A stretch of DNA of 64,000 nt. It comes from Rhodanobacteraceae bacterium (GTDB lineage: Bacteria > Pseudomonadota > Gammaproteobacteria > Xanthomonadales > Rhodanobacteraceae). Under the pieces are notes generated by a model. The model was not told the origin of the DNA. It did no database searches and saw nothing but the letters and a program-made list of their open reading frames with translations. The stretch spans positions 6,399 to 70,398 of the forward strand of contig DASVGO010000040.1 of NCBI GenBank assembly GCA_036379495.1, given 5' to 3'. Made by a program: the position numbers and the translations under genes. Below, piece after piece: positions 18,916 through 27,676 of this stretch; position 1 is the first letter of the stretch; every line of letters begins with the position of its first letter.

Positions 18916-19446
18916 ATGCGAGCGATAACCTTGGAAGAGATGTCAAAAGTAGCTGGTGGACTTCAAGTTAACGGTAGCGGTGGAATGCATGCTAATTTAA
19001 TCAAAGGCCCGAGTTCGCCCTATGATGGTCCGTCACCTCCTGGCACCAGTACACCATCAACGACCACAACGGAGGTCACGGGCATTGGCACCTCCTTGCT
19101 CGAAGAGCTTGATGCACGCATGGGTGACGGATTGCTTGGCGACGCTTTGTATATTACCGATGCCGCCCAAATAAGCGCAGGTATGGCAAGCGACACATAT
19201 GCATTCATGATTCATGGCTGCGAATTATGGGAGGCTAATGGGAATATGGATGGTTCACCAGTTGTGGAGCAAATGGGTACTGCATTTGACGTGAACATGA
19301 TAAATTGGTCGGCATACGATGATGGCGGTGCCGACAGTTGTGCAACAGCAATTGGCAACCTCTACCATTCCGTTTTTGCTGATCATCAGGCCATGTCCAT
19401 AAATCCTGCATGGGCCGCATCCCATAGCAAAAAAAATGGCACGTGA
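18916..19446 (+). CDS. Double-glycine-leader secreted precursor (large microcin/bacteriocin-like cargo)
   Basis: AAGGAG RBS; leader MRAITLEEMSKVAGG fits the class II microcin leader pattern; directly after the PCAT. Confidence 0.85.
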   Translation: MRAITLEEMSKVAGGLQVNGSGGMHANLIKGPSSPYDGPSPPGTSTPSTTTTEVTGIGTSLLEELDARMGDGLLGDALYITDAAQISAGMASDTYAFMIHGCELWEANGNMDGSPVVEQMGTAFDVNMINWSAYDDGGADSCATAIGNLYHSVFADHQAMSINPAWAASHSKKNGT

Positions 19447-19635
19447 TGGTAAAACAGGACTGCCTGCGCTCCCGCTTTGACCGTCCGAATCAGAGGTTGT
19501 GTCCATGGCGTGGCCAAGGAAAGCACGCTGCGCCATGTATCCACGAAATCGACCGGTGCAGGCAGGCATTCTTCGGTTGAGTTGGGGAATTCCCATATTT
19601 GTCTAAATCAAGCAATGCCTTGAAAGGAAGACATC

Positions 19636-20382
19636 ATGACACCTAGAAAACATATCTGTTTCGATATTTTGTCAGCCGTCGCTGGCAGTATATGTGCAGT
19701 TGTACTTGTTAACTCCATTTCACCATTGGTCCAGGCACATACTGTAGTTTCTAGTAACAGGTCTGCCAGTGTGAATTGCGCATCGTCACTGCAAGCAATG
19801 AAAGCATTCACTCTTGGCAACAAACGCATCACCGCATTTTCGAGTATGCGGCATGCATTGCTTGTTGATATCGCTAAAAATGATGTATCAAACGTGGCAA
19901 CATTGGTGAATCAATGGAAGCGTACCGAGTCGCCACTGGATATTCAGGAAGCGCTTCAATCAGGCCTGTCGATGGCATCTTCATTTGGTCACGTACAGAT
20001 GGTAAAAACACTTATCCGTCTTGGCGCTAAACCTGATACATGGACGAATCGGACCAACCGGAGCACAGCCATAGCCGACGCTGCGGCATGCGGTCATCTC
20101 AACGTGATCAAAGCAATACTTGCTGGCGGTGGTCATATCGACGCAAAAGGTGCAGTGTACGGTTCAATCGGGACATCCAATGCATTCGACGCGGCACTGG
20201 ACGGATTGCATCCCATAATCGCAATTTGGTTAGTACACCATGGATTTGATGTCTGCAAGAACGTTGCACCAAAAAAGCTTATAATGCTACAAAAACTTGT
20301 AAAATCACACCACATGCCCGACGAACTCCAGACAATGCTTGAATGTAGGCGGTTAGATGCAAGCATACATACTAACAAATAG
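19636..20382 (+). CDS. Exported ankyrin-repeat protein, putative immunity/accessory
   Basis: Hydrophobic N-terminus ending VQA; ankyrin-like units ASSFGHVQMVKTLIRLGAKPD, AAACGHLNVIKAILAGGGHID, AALDGLHPIIAIWLVHHGFDV. Confidence 0.75.
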   Translation: MTPRKHICFDILSAVAGSICAVVLVNSISPLVQAHTVVSSNRSASVNCASSLQAMKAFTLGNKRITAFSSMRHALLVDIAKNDVSNVATLVNQWKRTESPLDIQEALQSGLSMASSFGHVQMVKTLIRLGAKPDTWTNRTNRSTAIADAAACGHLNVIKAILAGGGHIDAKGAVYGSIGTSNAFDAALDGLHPIIAIWLVHHGFDVCKNVAPKKLIMLQKLVKSHHMPDELQTMLECRRLDASIHTNK

Positions 20383-20530
20383 AGCGACCTCTCTGCGAGG
20401 CAGTTCAGCCCGGCGTGGACTGTCTTTCTTCCCGGCGATCCCGGCCATCAGCCGCAGGCAACACTTACATGCCAAACCACGTTCATGGTCAATTAGGAAG
20501 GCCAGCCCCTGCTGTGACCATACAGGTAAT

Positions 20531-20824
20531 ATGTCACAAACTGGAATATCTCGTTCAGTTTCGATCATGTCGTTATTAGCAATGTGCGTGGCATCGCCCG
20601 CCGTTGCGCAACAGTATGTGGTGCCCACGCTACAGCAGCTGAAAAACTACAGGCCTGAGCACTTGAGTCCGGCCATCAGGCAATCATTGGCCACCCATTT
20701 CAGGCAAAGCTGCCTGAAACAGGCAATGGTTTGTGACCATGTCACCATCGATTTCACTAGCAATAATTCCGGTCGCAGGCATGATGTTCTCTACATCACG
20801 TTGTCAGACAGGAGAATTTTCTGA
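20531..20824 (+). pseudogene. Truncated 5' copy of the transglutaminase-like gene at 21958
   Basis: 97 aa; mature part nearly identical to the N-terminus of 21958-23244; stops just after the homology ends. Confidence 0.8.
20595..20810 (+). repeat. Direct repeat copy 1 (216 bp)
   Basis: Aligns without gaps to 22019-22234 (offset 1424); 9 mismatches by manual comparison. Confidence 0.92.
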
Positions 20825-21146
20825 AAAATTCAAGGGAGCAACCGAGTCGTCAACCTCGACGAGTTCTGGAACTCTGGCTCAATTCCCCACAGAGCAAGAA
20901 GGTCTCGATGCATTGGCTGATCTATTGGATCACAATTATGCAAATCAGTCCATATCGAACATCTTCACATCGCCTTCGCATCATTATACATCAACAGACC
21001 CTAATACTGAAACATCCAACGTCGAGGCTTACATGAACGCACACGGTTACTCGGACACCACAACGCCTGTCAGCCAAATGAGTGGCGCCGAGTTCAATAC
21101 ATTATTGAATGCCATATCCAAAGCCGAGGGCAACACTAACATTTAG
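20811..21146 (+). pseudogene. Headless C-terminal domain resembling a lysozyme-like toxin/virion domain
   Basis: GEFSEKFKGAT..LAQFPTEQEGLDALADLL..Y..SISNIF..NTETSNV..LLNAISKAEG; no credible own start. Confidence 0.55.
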
Positions 21147-21242
21147 AACTAACATCTTGTTACTTTAGATATATAGCAGAGCAGGCCGCATGCATAGTGC
21201 AGGCGGGCTGCGCAACGGCAATTATCGCATTGCGAGGTTGAC

Positions 21243-21719
21243 ATGAAAAACGTACGCTTTTGCCTTTCTGTCTTACTTGTACTGTCAGGCGCCTGCTGCG
21301 CAAATACTTCTTTGGCAAGTGATCCCAATGCCATAATGGTAGTTGGAAATCTTGTACCGAACATCAAAATCAGTGGATGGGTCAAATCATATACTTACAC
21401 GACACCCAAAGGAAATTCCATTTCCGTAACCTACATACATTCGATTACGCCTGTCGATTGGTACCCAGGAAAGGATCAACCAAACGTCAATATAGGATTG
21501 TATTTCTTTCCGCGGTTTCACGTATACGACATTCAGATTGACGCATTTCGCAAGGTCATGAATCATGTCAAATCGTTATCGCGTGGCGGCAAATGTATAA
21601 CGATCACAGGAACATTGAGCACCAACGAATTGCATGCGGCTCCAGCTGTAGGTCCTGAGTCTCTAAAAATCGCACCGTCAAAAATAACCGCATGCAATCA
21701 TTTAGTAATTCGCAAATAA
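21243..21719 (+). CDS. Hypothetical exported protein, putative immunity protein
   Basis: GAGG RBS; signal peptide MKNVRFCLSVLLVLSGACCANTSLA; AT-rich; follows the orphan toxin-like domain. Confidence 0.65.
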   Translation: MKNVRFCLSVLLVLSGACCANTSLASDPNAIMVVGNLVPNIKISGWVKSYTYTTPKGNSISVTYIHSITPVDWYPGKDQPNVNIGLYFFPRFHVYDIQIDAFRKVMNHVKSLSRGGKCITITGTLSTNELHAAPAVGPESLKIAPSKITACNHLVIRK

Positions 21720-21957
21720 TAATTATAAAGCGTTCCGCAGTACATAATCCACGCACATAGGCATTATCACAACCTCTCATGGATGATATTCAGTTTGTCG
21801 AGCCATGTCTCGGCATGCATGCGCGCTTCATCCGCATCATTGATATGTGACATTTTGTGCATGGATCCAATCACCAACGTTCTCCATGCATTATTCTGTA
21901 CGGCCGTCCAGCTGGTGCTTGGACGGATCCATGCCTTGTATCGAAATAGAGAACGAT

Positions 21958-23244
21958 ATGTCACACATTCGAACAATCCGCTCAGTGTCGATCGTGTTGT
22001 TATTGATGTGCGCGGCGGCGCCCGCCGTTGCGCAACAGTATGTGGTGCCCACGCTACAGCAGCTGAAAAACTACAGGCCTGAGCACTTGAGTCCGGCCAT
22101 CAGGCAATCATTGGCTACCCATTTCAGGCAAAGCTGCCTGAAACAGGCAATGGTTTGTGACCATATCACCATCGATTTCACGAGCAAGGATTTCGGTCGC
22201 AAGCATGATGTCGTCTACATCACGTTGTCAGACAAGAGTGCCGTCGACGCCTGGAACAAGTATCGAATGGAGATGATAAAACACCATCACAGCCGCGCTG
22301 ACATGTTGCATTTCAGCGCGAGCATTCGTGTCCGCGGGGAATCCGCGTGGAAAACGATTAACACGAACGCAAAATGTCCCTATTGCTTGCCAGCGGATGC
22401 GCTGAAATTCGATGATGGCCACCAATACCAAGTGAAATTCGATGCGCTGTATCGAATCAATCCGCATCCGAAGCATTCATTTTGGGGGCTTGCCGTACTG
22501 GTTGCAAGGCACAATCCAAGACGCCATGAGCCGGAACGCTATTTCATTGATGTCGAAAGCAAACATGGTCCTACCGTCTATGCATCAGTACGCACGCTTG
22601 GCAGCCACTACTTGCGATCAACTGCCGCGACGGGCCATTTCATCGTCATGCTGAACAGCAAATATGTGCAGACATATCGCCCTTCGTACGCCGTACTTTC
22701 ACTTTTGCCTTCGTGGCGCGCATTTGGTCACATGTATACGGATGCCGAACACTTGGCCAGCGCAGGATCACAGAATTTGCCAACGTTTCACGGCACACCT
22801 GAACAGATTGTGGGGGCAGCCGTGAACTACATGAAGTCGCTGCATATCAAATCCATTTGCCCTGATATTCGTGATGGGGGTGACATGCCGCATGATACAG
22901 TGTTCGAAATACTGTCAAGCCGCACCACAAGCTGCGCTGGTTCCATGACACTTTTGCGCGCATTGTTGCACAAATCAGGCGTCAATTCGGATCCAGTCCT
23001 GCTGAACTTCAACGGAATGCCGCCATTGAGTTTCAGCGTACCCGGTCCATTATTCGCCCGTCACGTCATCCTTTACATACCAGTCATGGAAAAATTTGTT
23101 GACCCACTGTTTGCGGGATCCAATCGCGATATCAGACTCCCACTCTCGCAGATCAAACTGACGTGGAAGAACGGTGCACGTTTGGCTTTCCCAGGATACG
23201 TGGGCTTCAACACCGTTACCGACAGTTTCATGGCGGTGCATTGA
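21958..23244 (+). CDS. Exported transglutaminase-like protein
   Basis: Signal peptide ending AVA; TSCAGSMTLLRALL (Cys), ARHVILYIP (His), FVDP (Asp) arrangement of TGase-like cores. Confidence 0.7.
   Translation: MSHIRTIRSVSIVLLLMCAAAPAVAQQYVVPTLQQLKNYRPEHLSPAIRQSLATHFRQSCLKQAMVCDHITIDFTSKDFGRKHDVVYITLSDKSAVDAWNKYRMEMIKHHHSRADMLHFSASIRVRGESAWKTINTNAKCPYCLPADALKFDDGHQYQVKFDALYRINPHPKHSFWGLAVLVARHNPRRHEPERYFIDVESKHGPTVYASVRTLGSHYLRSTAATGHFIVMLNSKYVQTYRPSYAVLSLLPSWRAFGHMYTDAEHLASAGSQNLPTFHGTPEQIVGAAVNYMKSLHIKSICPDIRDGGDMPHDTVFEILSSRTTSCAGSMTLLRALLHKSGVNSDPVLLNFNGMPPLSFSVPGPLFARHVILYIPVMEKFVDPLFAGSNRDIRLPLSQIKLTWKNGARLAFPGYVGFNTVTDSFMAVH
22019..22234 (+). repeat. Direct repeat copy 2 (216 bp)
   Basis: Matches 20595-20810. 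Confidence 0.92.
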
Positions 23245-23449
23245 GCGTAGCTGCTGCCCCGCGTGGTTACCTCGAACAGCGAGTCTGGCGCTTGCGCATG
23301 ATGCAAGGCACATCGTGCGCAACGTCATGTTCCATGGTTGCACCCATGACCAAGTTGACCAACGTTCACTCGCCTCAACGCCTGCCTTGACCATGCAGGC
23401 ATAATCACCCCCTTCCGTGGTCGCATGGGGGTGACCGCATACTGACGGC

Positions 23450-25576
23450 ATGGAACAGATGATGGGCAAGCGATCACGTGGCGACGCGGGGACAACCGGG
23501 TTGGGCTGGCGCCTCAAGCGCTGGCGCTACCTGTGGCGCCGCGTGTCCGGTTCGATGGCTCAACGTGGCCTGCGTGGCACGTTGCGACGCATTCGCCAGC
23601 AGTGGCAGCACCGGCCCATAGCCGACATGTCACTTGATCTGCTGCCGCTGGATGCATCCTTCACCTCCTTTGCCCTGCCCGTCAGCGATGCGCCGCGCGT
23701 GTCGGTCATCATTCCGACGTACGGCAAACTGGCCTGGACGCTGACCTGTTTGCACTCGATCGCCCGCGCGGGAACCGATGTGCCGTTCGAAGTAATTGTG
23801 GTGGACGATGCCGCGCCCGATGCCGGCGTCGACACCTTGCGCAAGGTCACCGGCCTGCGCCTGCTGCAAAACCCGCGCAATCTCGGCTTCAGCGGCAGCT
23901 GCAATGTCGGCGCGGCGGCGGCACGTGGCGAGGTGTTGCTGTTTCTCAACAACGACACGCAGGTCATGCCGGGTTGGCTGGACACGTTGCACGACTGCCT
24001 GCTGCACGAACCTGATTGCGGCATCGCCGGCAGCCGTCTGGCGTATCCCGACGGTCGCCTGCAGGAAGCCGGCGGCATCGTGTTTGCCGATGGCTCGTGC
24101 TGGAACGTCGGCCGCTTCGAGGATCGCAATGACCCGCGCTACCGCTGTCGCCGCGAAGTGGATTACGTCTCGGGTGCGTCGCTGATGATCCGACGCCGAT
24201 TGTTCGACAGCGTCGGCGGTTTCGACACGCGCTATGCACCGGCGTATTACGAGGACACCGATCTGGCTTTTTCCGTGCGCGCCGCCGGCCAGCGCGTGAT
24301 CTACGAACCGCGCAGCCTGGTGGTGCACATGGAAGGCACCACCTCCGGTACCGATGTGTTCGCCGGCGTCAAGCAGCATCAACAGATCAACCAGCAGCGA
24401 TTTGCCGACACCTGGCGCAAGGCGCTTGTGCAGCAACCCGCTGCCGGCACGCCGGTGGAAGCCATTCTGCGCGGCTCGCGCCCGCATCTGCTCGTGATCG
24501 ACACGGCCACGCCGGAACCATCGCGCGACTCGGGCTCGCTGCGCCTGGTCGCCCTGTGCAAGTTGCTGGGCGATCTTGGCTGGCGCGTGAGTTTTCTGCC
24601 CGACGATGGCCACGCCGACGAAGCCCAGGTGGACACGCTGGGCACGCTTGGCGTGCAGGTGCTGCGCCGGCCATGGGTACGCGATGCCGCCAGCTGGCTT
24701 GGCCGCCATGGCAACGATCTGGACGTCGTGATGCTGTGTCGCAGTTCGATCGCCGACCAGTACCTGCCGCTGGCACGTCGGCACGCACCGCGGGCACGCG
24801 TCATTTTCGACACCGTGGACCTGCATTTCCTGCGCGAGCAGCGCGCCGCGGACCTGTCGGGCAATGCGGCGCTCGCGCGTCAGGCCGAAGCCTCGCGCCA
24901 GCGCGAAATGGCATTGGTGGCAGCCTGCGACGTCACCTTCGTGGTCAGCCCGGTCGAGCGCGACCTGCTCACGGTCGAGGCACCGGATGCGCGCATCGAG
25001 CTGGTGTCCAACGTGCATGCCGTACACGGTCGCAAGGCCGGGTTCGATGGTCGCCATGACCTGGTTTTCATCGGCGGTTACAACCATCCGCCCAATGCCG
25101 ATGCCCTGCGCTGGATGGTGCAGGACATCCTGCCGCGCATTCGGCAACAACTTCCCGACATGGCCTTGCACGTGCTGGGCGACGTGCCGGCGGAAGCCCG
25201 ACGCTCGCTGGAAGGACCCGGCGTCACCCTGCATGGCCGCGTTGCGGATCTTGCGCCATGGATGAACCGCTGTCTGATTTCGGTGGCACCGTTGCGTTAC
25301 GGCGCCGGAGTCAAGGGCAAGGTCAACATGGCCATGAGCCACGGTTTGCCGGTGGTGGCCACGCCGATTGCCGCCGAAGGCATGCACTTGGTCGACGGCA
25401 CCGACGTGCTGGTGGCCGCCGATGCTGATGATTTTGCCGCCTCCGTGTTGCGCCTGCATCACGATCCGGCATTGTGGCTGCGCTTGTCCGACGGCGGCCT
25501 CGCCAATGTGCGCCGCTATTTTTCCTTCGCCGCGGCACGCGACACGTTGGAACGGGTGTTGAACGCCGAGCACTGA
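23450..25576 (+). CDS. Bifunctional glycosyltransferase (GT2 + GT4-like)
   Basis: VSVIIPTY, VVDDA, FLNND, YYEDTDL; C-terminal FIGGYNHPPN, APLRYGAGVKGKV. Confidence 0.88.
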   Translation: MEQMMGKRSRGDAGTTGLGWRLKRWRYLWRRVSGSMAQRGLRGTLRRIRQQWQHRPIADMSLDLLPLDASFTSFALPVSDAPRVSVIIPTYGKLAWTLTCLHSIARAGTDVPFEVIVVDDAAPDAGVDTLRKVTGLRLLQNPRNLGFSGSCNVGAAAARGEVLLFLNNDTQVMPGWLDTLHDCLLHEPDCGIAGSRLAYPDGRLQEAGGIVFADGSCWNVGRFEDRNDPRYRCRREVDYVSGASLMIRRRLFDSVGGFDTRYAPAYYEDTDLAFSVRAAGQRVIYEPRSLVVHMEGTTSGTDVFAGVKQHQQINQQRFADTWRKALVQQPAAGTPVEAILRGSRPHLLVIDTATPEPSRDSGSLRLVALCKLLGDLGWRVSFLPDDGHADEAQVDTLGTLGVQVLRRPWVRDAASWLGRHGNDLDVVMLCRSSIADQYLPLARRHAPRARVIFDTVDLHFLREQRAADLSGNAALARQAEASRQREMALVAACDVTFVVSPVERDLLTVEAPDARIELVSNVHAVHGRKAGFDGRHDLVFIGGYNHPPNADALRWMVQDILPRIRQQLPDMALHVLGDVPAEARRSLEGPGVTLHGRVADLAPWMNRCLISVAPLRYGAGVKGKVNMAMSHGLPVVATPIAAEGMHLVDGTDVLVAADADDFAASVLRLHHDPALWLRLSDGGLANVRRYFSFAAARDTLERVLNAEH

Positions 25577-25610
25577 CGTGCTCAGGTGATGCGCTGCCCG
25601 ATGCGACTCG

Positions 25611-27521
25611 TCACTTCTGCTGCAGACGCTGACGCAAGGCCGCAAGGCGTGTCGGGTCGGGCTTGAACCCGCTGGCCACCTTCAGCGCCTTGAGTGCGGC
25701 CGCATGCTGGCCATGACTCGCATCCTGCTCGGCCCGATCGAGCCACGCATTGCCCAGCCGCTGAGCCAGCGTGGTCGCACGCAGACTGCCCGGTTCAAGG
25801 CTCTGCATGGTGACCAGATAGTTGCCGGCCTGATCCAGACGATGTGCTGCCATGGCCTGATTGAACAGCGTGATGACCTTGCCGGCAAGGGATTTCAGCC
25901 CCGCCTGCGCCACGGCATTGCCGGCGTCGATGGTCAGCACCTGCCGGTACAGATCGTACGCGCTGTCGCCCGGCGGCAACATGATGCGCCCCGCGTCGAC
26001 AGCCGTCTGCGCCCGCCGCAACAGATGCCCGACCTCCACCTTCTGCAGGGGCGTCAGCGCAGGTGCCGGCGCACCCGTCACCGACGTCGTCGCGGCACCG
26101 GGCTGCGGCATCGCCTGCAAACGCGCCTGCGCACTGGCAAGTTCCGAGGACTGCGGGTCAAGCCTGGCCGCGCGAGCCAGCAGCGCACGAGCTTGCCCCG
26201 CGTCGTCTTCATCCATGGCCGCGTTGGCACGCAGCACCAGTGCCAAAGCCACCTGCCGCAGACCGGCCCTGGCTTGTGCATTGTCCGGATCGAGCTTGAG
26301 CACGGCCTTGAACTGATCGAGCGCATTGTCGCCGCCCTTGCCGGTGAAGCGGCCCTGATGCAGGTCCGCTTCACCCCGTGTCAGATGGGTTACCACGGCA
26401 GCCTGCACGATTGCGGCTGCCGATGATGTCGAAATGGCCGGCTGTATTCGTGTGACCACTGGCAGTCCCTGTTCGACCGACGTTGCCGACGATGCGGACG
26501 GGACAGATGCAGCCTGCGCCACCACGGCAGCCGGGCGTGCCACTGGTACCGGCGGCACCGAAGTCGCTGGCCGCACCGATGCGGCTGGTTGTACCGAGGC
26601 GGCCGACTGCACCGAAGCGGCGGTCGCAGCTTGTCTGGCCTGCAGCAATTGCGCACGCAAGGCCGGCAATTCACCATCCTGCGGCAGCCAGGTGCCCAGC
26701 TTGTCCACCAGCGATCCGGCCGTGGCCAGGTCGCCGTGCTGGATCGCCGTGCGTGCCCGCGTGGCCAGCAGGTCGCCGGCGCGATCCAGTCCATGTCGGG
26801 CCACCGCATTGTGCGAATCGGTCGCCAGTGCCTTCCGGAACAACGCCGCGGCCCCGTCGGCGCCGGCCACGCGGCCTTGTGCCAGAGCCTGCTGCGCCTT
26901 GCCGATCACGGCATTGACCTGCCATGTCGGGTGTTGTGCCTTCTGCAATGCCGTCGCCACTTGCTCGACATCGGTACCACCTCCCAGCAGGCCGCGCGCA
27001 TTGGCCAGCGACACGGCAGCCAACTGGAACTTGCCCGCACGGATGGCCGAGCTGGCGCGCGCCAGCTCGGCCTTGCCGACCGCACGCAAACCCTTCAGCG
27101 CCTGATTGTTGTCAGGCTCTTCCTGCAACACCTTCGTGTACAGCTCCTGTGCGCTTGCTCCATTGGCGCCTTCCAGATCCCCGGCCGCCAGCGCCTGCCC
27201 GGCCTGGATCAGCATGCTGTTGAGCTGGGTGCGTGGCAGCATCGCGCGCAATTCGTTCTGGTTGAGCCATGCCCACGCCAGCACGGCCGCCAGCAAAATG
27301 GCCAGCAATGGCCACAACCACGAGCGCCAGGGCGATGGCGATCGATGCGACGGATGACGTGAAGGCCGTGGCGGCGCGGGAGGATGCGCACGGCGACTGT
27401 CGGTCTCGACCCTGACCCGCGGCAAGCCATCATCCGCGGGCGTCGGTGCCGGTGGTACCGGGTCCTCGAGATGGCCCAGCGACGGCTCCCGACGATCGTG
27501 CTTGTTGTCGTGTTTGCTCAT
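25611..27521 (-). CDS. Membrane-anchored TPR-like protein
   Basis: RREPSLG N-terminus, one TM, repeated A..LY..VL..DP.N..A..GL units, Ala/Pro linker. Confidence 0.75.
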   Translation of the reverse strand: MSKHDNKHDRREPSLGHLEDPVPPAPTPADDGLPRVRVETDSRRAHPPAPPRPSRHPSHRSPSPWRSWLWPLLAILLAAVLAWAWLNQNELRAMLPRTQLNSMLIQAGQALAAGDLEGANGASAQELYTKVLQEEPDNNQALKGLRAVGKAELARASSAIRAGKFQLAAVSLANARGLLGGGTDVEQVATALQKAQHPTWQVNAVIGKAQQALAQGRVAGADGAAALFRKALATDSHNAVARHGLDRAGDLLATRARTAIQHGDLATAGSLVDKLGTWLPQDGELPALRAQLLQARQAATAASVQSAASVQPAASVRPATSVPPVPVARPAAVVAQAASVPSASSATSVEQGLPVVTRIQPAISTSSAAAIVQAAVVTHLTRGEADLHQGRFTGKGGDNALDQFKAVLKLDPDNAQARAGLRQVALALVLRANAAMDEDDAGQARALLARAARLDPQSSELASAQARLQAMPQPGAATTSVTGAPAPALTPLQKVEVGHLLRRAQTAVDAGRIMLPPGDSAYDLYRQVLTIDAGNAVAQAGLKSLAGKVITLFNQAMAAHRLDQAGNYLVTMQSLEPGSLRATTLAQRLGNAWLDRAEQDASHGQHAAALKALKVASGFKPDPTRLAALRQRLQQK

Positions 27522-27676
27522 GCAGCTGCGTCCGGTCAAATCGTCGCGTCGCGAAAAGCGGCAGAGTAGCATCCGGGCCCCGGTCCGCGATGTCCGTGAC
27601 GCGGCGCATTCAGCCTGCTGCCAGCGTCAGACCATGGCGCACTGCCGGTGTTCCCGCACGCGCTGCACCCGGGTCA

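Noticed and set aside
18916-19060. RaxX-like sulfotyrosine peptide (PYDGPSPPG vs RaxX DYPPPG) exported by RaxAB-like genes
   Set aside because: No RaxST-type sulfotransferase in the window, the Tyr context differs, and the cargo is much longer than RaxX.
19429-19436. A8 run near the cargo 3' end as a frameshift or phase-variation site
   Set aside because: Either alternative frame adds only a short tail with no recognisable motif, and A8 is unremarkable in AT-rich DNA.
20595-22234. Diversity-generating retroelement TR/VR pair
   Set aside because: No reverse transcriptase, mismatches are not adenine-specific, and the repeat covers a gene 5' end.
21958-23244. Lasso peptide B2 protease
   Set aside because: It has a Sec signal and is large; no lasso cyclase, RRE or lasso-type precursor is nearby.
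15054-23449. Integrative element or prophage
   Set aside because: No integrase, transposase, tRNA or terminal direct repeats seen.
26551-26622. Degenerate 18-bp tandem repeats (AASVQS/AASVQP/AASVRP/ATSVPP)
   Set aside because: Ordinary low-complexity linker within the TPR-like protein.
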